Shown here: piece by piece, positions 59,415 to 64,000 of the stretch | Numbering within the stretch: the first letter of the stretch is position 1 | Layout: each line of letters opens with the position of its first letter | Virus record (IMG/VR): IMGVR_UViG_3300023242_000004 | Location: 30,788 to 94,787 of that record | Direction: 5' to 3' (one strand) | Source: a virus | Length of the DNA: 64,000 nucleotides | Made by a program: the position numbers and the translations under genes | The notes under the pieces: model-generated | Databases searched by the model: none | What the model saw: the letters and a program-made list of their open reading frames with translations, nothing else | Told to the model about the DNA's origin: nothing

Positions 59415-59789
59415 CTCTAAAAGGTTTGTTTTTGATATAAAATCTAATTTTCCAGATTTTGCGTATTGGTTATATTTTTTAACTAACCCACCAACATTCT
59501 TAGATAAAAAACTTTCAACGTCCTTCATACCTTTTTCTTCCATTTTACCAACCAATTCTTTAACTTTATTTTTATCCTCTAACGTAGATTTGATTAAATC
59601 CATAGTTTTATTATCATTTAAAGCTTTATTAGCGATTATTTCGTTTTGGCCAGATAGTTTTAACCCAGCTAACTTTGCAACACCTAAAATGACTTCATTT
59701 GTTGTTTCAACTAACAAAGATGAACGTGAAGCTTGTTCATGTAAAATAATTTTGTTATATTGTTCTTGCGTGATTTTTAGTTTAACCAT
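59400..59789 (-). CDS. Hypothetical protein with KLKITQEQY leader
   Basis: Preceded by TATTTATA (59810-59803). Confidence 0.6.
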   Translation of the reverse strand: MVKLKITQEQYNKIILHEQASRSSLLVETTNEVILGVAKLAGLKLSGQNEIIANKALNDNKTMDLIKSTLEDKNKVKELVGKMEEKGMKDVESFLSKNVGGLVKKYNQYAKSGKLDFISKTNLLELGGK

Positions 59790-59821
59790 AATATTGTTTT
59801 ACTATAAATATCTTATAAAAC

Positions 59822-59847
59822 AAAAAAGCCTCCGTTATGGAAGCTTT
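59822..59847 (-). terminator. Terminator after tail sheath
   Basis: AAAGCTTCC-ataac-GGAGGCTTTTTT. Confidence 0.7.
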
Positions 59848-59870
59848 GATGTTTAAATATGTTTTTATGA

Positions 59871-62729
59871 TTAGATATTGTCGAAAGACGCACCTGTATT
59901 CATAATTACGAATTCTAATTGAATGAACTCTAAAGCTCTGGTCGGCTTCAAGAAGATTTGACCAGTCAATTGGTTTCTATCGCTATCCTCTGGGTCGTTT
60001 GAAAGAACCACACGGAAGTCAGTTAAACCTCTCTCACTTCTAATGCTATCCAAGATTGGGTTTACAAGCGCTAAGAATTGGTTTCTAACTACACTATCGT
60101 TTTGTTCAAACAACAATCTGATAGATACAGCAGAAATAAGTTTTCTAGCTTGTAATAACAATCTTCTAACGTTAATTCTGTTAAGAGCAGACTCTTTAAC
60201 TTGTAACGTTTTATTTCCCCATATTTTAATACCATCAGATGTGAAAGTAGCAATTGGGTTAATTCTGTTTTCGTAAAGCTCATCTCTCTCGGCAAGAGTT
60301 AATTTTTTACGAGCTTGTACAGCATCAACATCCCCTCTTTGGATACCAGCAACTGCGAACCATGGGAACGCAATGTTGTCAGTTAAAGCGATATTTCTTA
60401 CAACATCTCTTGTTGGTGGCATGAAAATATAAACGTTGTTTTCGGTATCGTTTACTTGAATCCAAGGCCAGTAAGTACATGAGTAGTTACTATCGTACAT
60501 TCCATCTAAGAAATCAGTTACGTCTTCTACACCCATAACATCACCACCACCGTTAGTGTCTGGAGTTGTCATAATATATAATGAGTCAGCTCTATCGGTT
60601 TCAACCATATCAATAGCTGCTTCAATTAAATTAGTGTTATCAAAATTATCAATACCAGGTGTAGCAAATACACTAATATTAACAGCTTCTGGGTTTTTGA
60701 ATGTCCAGATTGCCTCTAAATAAGCGTAGTAATCAGAGTTGATACCCATATCACCGTTTGTAAGTGTTTTATTAGTGAAAGCACCGCTAGATAAACCTTT
60801 AGAACCATTAGTACCGTTTATAATGAAACTATCTAAATTACTTCTTCTAGTTCTATAAACATCCCATCCATCATATCCACCGTATGGTGCAAATGTAAAT
60901 TTACGAGATTGAATTCTTTCATATGGTCCGTTAACCAAACCGTTATCAGTTCTAAACTGCCAATTACCTGTGTCGAACAAGAATATTGGGCTGTAAGTAC
61001 CACCTGTAGTATTAATAACCACAGTTATATTGTCAATTGTAGAAGCAGACGCATCGATATCCATGTGGAAACCATTTGTCATACCTGTCCACATATCTGG
61101 AGATAATGTTTGTGGTTTACCTTTATAATCAAAGAAATCAGCGTCAATACCCATAGTTTCAGAAAGACCTAAGTAATATTTACGTTTATTTTCAAATGCA
61201 CCATATTCAGTTTTGTAAGTTAATTTAGGGTCAACAACGGTTGGATTATTTAATTGGTAATCACGGATTGGATAACCTACGAAACCAGCTGGGAACGCAT
61301 CACTAGTGTTAGATGAATCATCTAATTCACATAATATGTAAGTAGATTTAGAAGGATAAAAACCATCAAGTGTACCGATTCTTCTACCAATATAATTGTT
61401 AGAAGTTGGGTCCATTGTACAACGGCTAAATGATTCTAATATTGTTGGTTGAGCATCCGTATCGTAGAAAGCTCTAACCACCACATCAAATTCTTTAGTG
61501 TCTAATTTAATATTTCTAATAGATATTTTAAATTGTTCGTTAGCAGCATTACCATCAGATATAGTCCAAAATCTGAACAATCTTAATAATTTATTACCAC
61601 GTAACTCAGATACAACATAAGGTGTTATAGCTGGTTGGAATTGTTGTTGATAATCAGAAAATTCATCATCATATTCAACAATATCGTAGTTAATACCGTA
61701 TATTTTATCGTTATCGTTAAGAGTTTCAAACATTTTGTTATAAAATTCTTCAAGGAATAATGGTGTGTTACCATCTGGAACTGTTCTACCTAATACTCTA
61801 GGTAAATAATTCTTTTTAGTTTTATCCAAAGACACTAAGTTGTTAAATAAACCTTGAGTATTAGAAACACCTGTCAAAGCAAAATCACCTAATGGGTTAG
61901 TTATCGCACCAACAACATTTGGGTCAAACACAACAGCGTTTGTTACACCAGTAACTTCGAATGATGGGTATTGTGTGTCTGAGTTAATTCCACCTCTAGA
62001 GCGTAATAACGCTACTAATTTATTTTCAACATCAACATAAGCATCACCACTGAATAATGTAGTGACACCACTAGTTGTACCCGTGATAAAACCACCAGAT
62101 GGGTCTTGACCTTTAGAGTCTAAATAAATAGTAAATTCAGCACCACTAAAATTAGCACCATTTTTAATATAGTTAGGGTCAATTTTAGAAGAGTATCCTA
62201 CGCTTGAAAAAGATAATACAGATAATGTACTATTTAATGTTCCGTTATCGATAAGGTCTTGAATAATTGGTTCAGCGGAAACAAGGGTAACAATAGTACC
62301 AGCAGATGTTGCCGTAAATGAAATTAATGAATCAGAGCTACCACCAGTATAAGTATTAGTAGCAGTTGCTATAACTGTATCTGGGTCTAATGCACCTTGA
62401 AGAGTAATACCCCACGATAAACCAGCATAGAAACCAGAAAAACCTAATACTCTAGTTACGAATAATTGGTTAGATTGTGTAAAATATGATTTTGCAATGT
62501 ATGGAAGTTCATATTTTGGTGCCCCGTTGTCTTTTATTTTTGCTGGATTTGTACCACCAAAGAAAGACTGAAATTCACCATAGTTGCTAACAAAGATTGG
62601 TTGAAAAGCTGGCCCTATTGTTGTTTCGCCAACTAACCCCAATGTTGTAACACCTACTTGACGTGTAATAAAACTTAAGTCTTTTTCTGAAGTATAAACA
62701 CCAGGACTTACGAATACTTTTGTTGCCAT
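59871..62729 (-). CDS. Tail sheath protein (gp18-like)
   Basis: VSPGVYTSEKD, PWFAVAGIQRG, LYENRINPI, IWGNKTL, RINVRRL, PTRALEFI. Confidence 0.96.
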   Translation of the reverse strand: MATKVFVSPGVYTSEKDLSFITRQVGVTTLGLVGETTIGPAFQPIFVSNYGEFQSFFGGTNPAKIKDNGAPKYELPYIAKSYFTQSNQLFVTRVLGFSGFYAGLSWGITLQGALDPDTVIATATNTYTGGSSDSLISFTATSAGTIVTLVSAEPIIQDLIDNGTLNSTLSVLSFSSVGYSSKIDPNYIKNGANFSGAEFTIYLDSKGQDPSGGFITGTTSGVTTLFSGDAYVDVENKLVALLRSRGGINSDTQYPSFEVTGVTNAVVFDPNVVGAITNPLGDFALTGVSNTQGLFNNLVSLDKTKKNYLPRVLGRTVPDGNTPLFLEEFYNKMFETLNDNDKIYGINYDIVEYDDEFSDYQQQFQPAITPYVVSELRGNKLLRLFRFWTISDGNAANEQFKISIRNIKLDTKEFDVVVRAFYDTDAQPTILESFSRCTMDPTSNNYIGRRIGTLDGFYPSKSTYILCELDDSSNTSDAFPAGFVGYPIRDYQLNNPTVVDPKLTYKTEYGAFENKRKYYLGLSETMGIDADFFDYKGKPQTLSPDMWTGMTNGFHMDIDASASTIDNITVVINTTGGTYSPIFLFDTGNWQFRTDNGLVNGPYERIQSRKFTFAPYGGYDGWDVYRTRRSNLDSFIINGTNGSKGLSSGAFTNKTLTNGDMGINSDYYAYLEAIWTFKNPEAVNISVFATPGIDNFDNTNLIEAAIDMVETDRADSLYIMTTPDTNGGGDVMGVEDVTDFLDGMYDSNYSCTYWPWIQVNDTENNVYIFMPPTRDVVRNIALTDNIAFPWFAVAGIQRGDVDAVQARKKLTLAERDELYENRINPIATFTSDGIKIWGNKTLQVKESALNRINVRRLLLQARKLISAVSIRLLFEQNDSVVRNQFLALVNPILDSIRSERGLTDFRVVLSNDPEDSDRNQLTGQIFLKPTRALEFIQLEFVIMNTGASFDNI

Positions 62730-62763
62730 TTTTTTAAGATTTTATTTTTTGTTATTATTTACT

Positions 62764-62833
62764 TTATAATTTTCTTTATTATAAATATTAAGTTTTTATC
62801 AAAAGTAGGGGTGATTAAAAAGATAAATTCGTT
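62764..62833. repeat. 70-bp direct repeat, copy 1 (sheath promoter region)
   Basis: 69/70 identical to 63467-63536; contains TATTTATA (minus). Confidence 0.9.
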
Positions 62834-62882
62834 TTAGTGTGTTTTTTTTCATACTTTTGACATACTTATATCAAAAAACACT

Positions 62883-63032
62883 ATGAAAAGGGATAAAAAC
62901 TTAAAAATAACACCAACCACTCACGAACTTTTAAAAAAGTATTGTGATGATAACGGGTTAAAAATGTTTGCTTTTGTTGAAAGATTAATTAGGGAAAAAT
63001 GTACTCCTAAAAAAGATTTATATGGTGAATAA
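62883..63032 (+). CDS. Small ribbon-helix-helix-like DNA-binding protein (49 aa)
   Basis: MKRDKNLKITPTTHELLKKYCDDNGLKMFAFVERLIREK; TACTTATA at 62863-62870 upstream. Confidence 0.7.
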   Translation: MKRDKNLKITPTTHELLKKYCDDNGLKMFAFVERLIREKCTPKKDLYGE

Positions 63033-63117
63033 AATAGTTATTCGTTTATTTCCCATTTGACCAATTATTTTTTACCAGACTGTTAGTTATTCTAGATTGT
63101 TTTCGTAGATATGAATG

Positions 63118-63435
63118 TTACCATAAAACATAAGCTATTAAAAAACCTAAATAAGCGAAAATTGTTGAAACGATTATATCGGTTATTGTGTCTTTTCGGC
63201 TAGGTTTTACCACCAAATCTTTTTGTTGAAAGTACTCAAACGCACCCGAAAATACAATTGATAAAATAATCACAATTATCGATTGTGGAATAAAGGCTGA
63301 TGTTTGAAATTCCCAACCAAACCATTTATCGTTGTATTGTAGTGCGTTCCAGCCTGTCCAATTGGTTATTTTTAAAATTATAGCTAATATAAAAGCTATT
63401 GGTAGGGCTAAAGTGTGTTTTTTACTTGTTCTCAT
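63118..63435 (-). CDS. Small membrane protein (3 predicted TM helices)
   Basis: Three hydrophobic stretches; FEYFQ..D..DI pattern. Confidence 0.6.
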   Translation of the reverse strand: MRTSKKHTLALPIAFILAIILKITNWTGWNALQYNDKWFGWEFQTSAFIPQSIIVIILSIVFSGAFEYFQQKDLVVKPSRKDTITDIIVSTIFAYLGFLIAYVLW

Positions 63436-63466
63436 TTGTTGTTATTTTTTAATATTTTATTTTTTG

Positions 63467-63536
63467 TTATAATTTTCTTTATTATAAATATTAAGTTTTT
63501 ATAAAAAGTAGGGGTGATTAAAAAGATAAATTCGTT
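63467..63536. repeat. 70-bp direct repeat, copy 2
   Basis: Matches 62764-62833 with one mismatch. Confidence 0.9.
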
Positions 63537-63543
63537 ATAAAAT

Positions 63544-63765
63544 CTATTTTTTCTCATTTTTAATTTTTTTATAGTACTTCGGTTTGTATATATATATGAA
63601 ATTCTTAGTGTATCTAAATATCGTTTTTTCATTACACTTGTAAATAGTATCATTATAAAGCATCAAAACTTCTACGACTTTATATTTTTTATTTTCATAT
63701 GTTATGAACTCTCTTTTTTGAGATGAACAATTTAAAAAAATCAGTAGTAATAGTAATTTCATCAT
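63544..63765 (-). CDS. Putative small lipoprotein
   Basis: MMKLLLLLIFLN-C signal-peptide-II-like start. Confidence 0.45.
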   Translation of the reverse strand: MMKLLLLLIFLNCSSQKREFITYENKKYKVVEVLMLYNDTIYKCNEKTIFRYTKNFIYIYKPKYYKKIKNEKK

Positions 63766-63776
63766 AATTGAATATT

Positions 63777-64000
63777 TTATACTAAATTAGGCGTTATTTT
63801 TATTTCAAAAAGTGTTTTTCTAAAGTTATCAGAAGTATTTCCTTTAACGGCAAAAAATACATAATTATCAATTGCTGGATTAAAAGTATAATCTAAAAAC
63901 TGATTTTGAGACACTTGCAATATACTTACCGCTTCGTCAGTTGTGCCTGCAAAAGCCGTTGAAATCCCTCGTAAATTTGTGCCTCTCAAGATTAACTCAC
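63777..64000 (-). CDS. C-terminal part of a hypothetical protein (begins outside window)
   Basis: Open frame to the window edge. Confidence 0.45.
   Translation of the reverse strand, partial: ELILRGTNLRGISTAFAGTTDEAVSILQVSQNQFLDYTFNPAIDNYVFFAVKGNTSDNFRKTLFEIKITPNLV

Noticed and set aside
63432-63653. 73-aa minus-strand ORF
   Set aside because: It runs through the duplicated promoter and overlaps the lipoprotein-like ORF; composition reflects AT-rich non-coding DNA.
1-64000. tRNA, rRNA, integrase or IS elements
   Set aside because: None recognised by eye, and intergenic gaps are short and AT-rich. A tRNAscan/Infernal run would be needed to exclude them formally.

Overview
AT-rich window from a large T4-like contractile-tailed (myovirus, probably jumbo) phage in genetic code 11, with almost all genes on the minus strand. 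It holds tail and baseplate genes: sheath, tube, gp26/gp51-like chaperones, tape measure, gp53-, gp25-, gp6- and gp7-like proteins, a giant hub with muralytic domains, and a fibre with YadA-like repeats. These are interleaved with replication and recombination genes: gp32-like SSB, RecA/UvsX, 5'-3' exonuclease, DnaB/gp41 helicase, class Ia RNR, RuvC-like resolvase, primase and an exonuclease. TAnnTTTG promoters, SprB-like repeats and a DDLPF SSB tail point to a Bacteroidota host. The standout system lies at 26.3-34.7 kb. nrdA is fractured into three separate genes that must be joined by two different naturally split inteins, and the neighbouring helicase is fractured by a third split intein. 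A free-standing homing endonuclease gene or its relic sits in each break, and the two intact endonuclease genes have promoter-containing hairpins over their starts. Other notable items are further endonuclease relics (one with a duplicated ruvC 5' end), a candidate +1 frameshift in the tail chaperone pair, a candidate origin or sRNA, and a duplicated sheath promoter. All family calls come from motif recognition by eye; no database searches were run.
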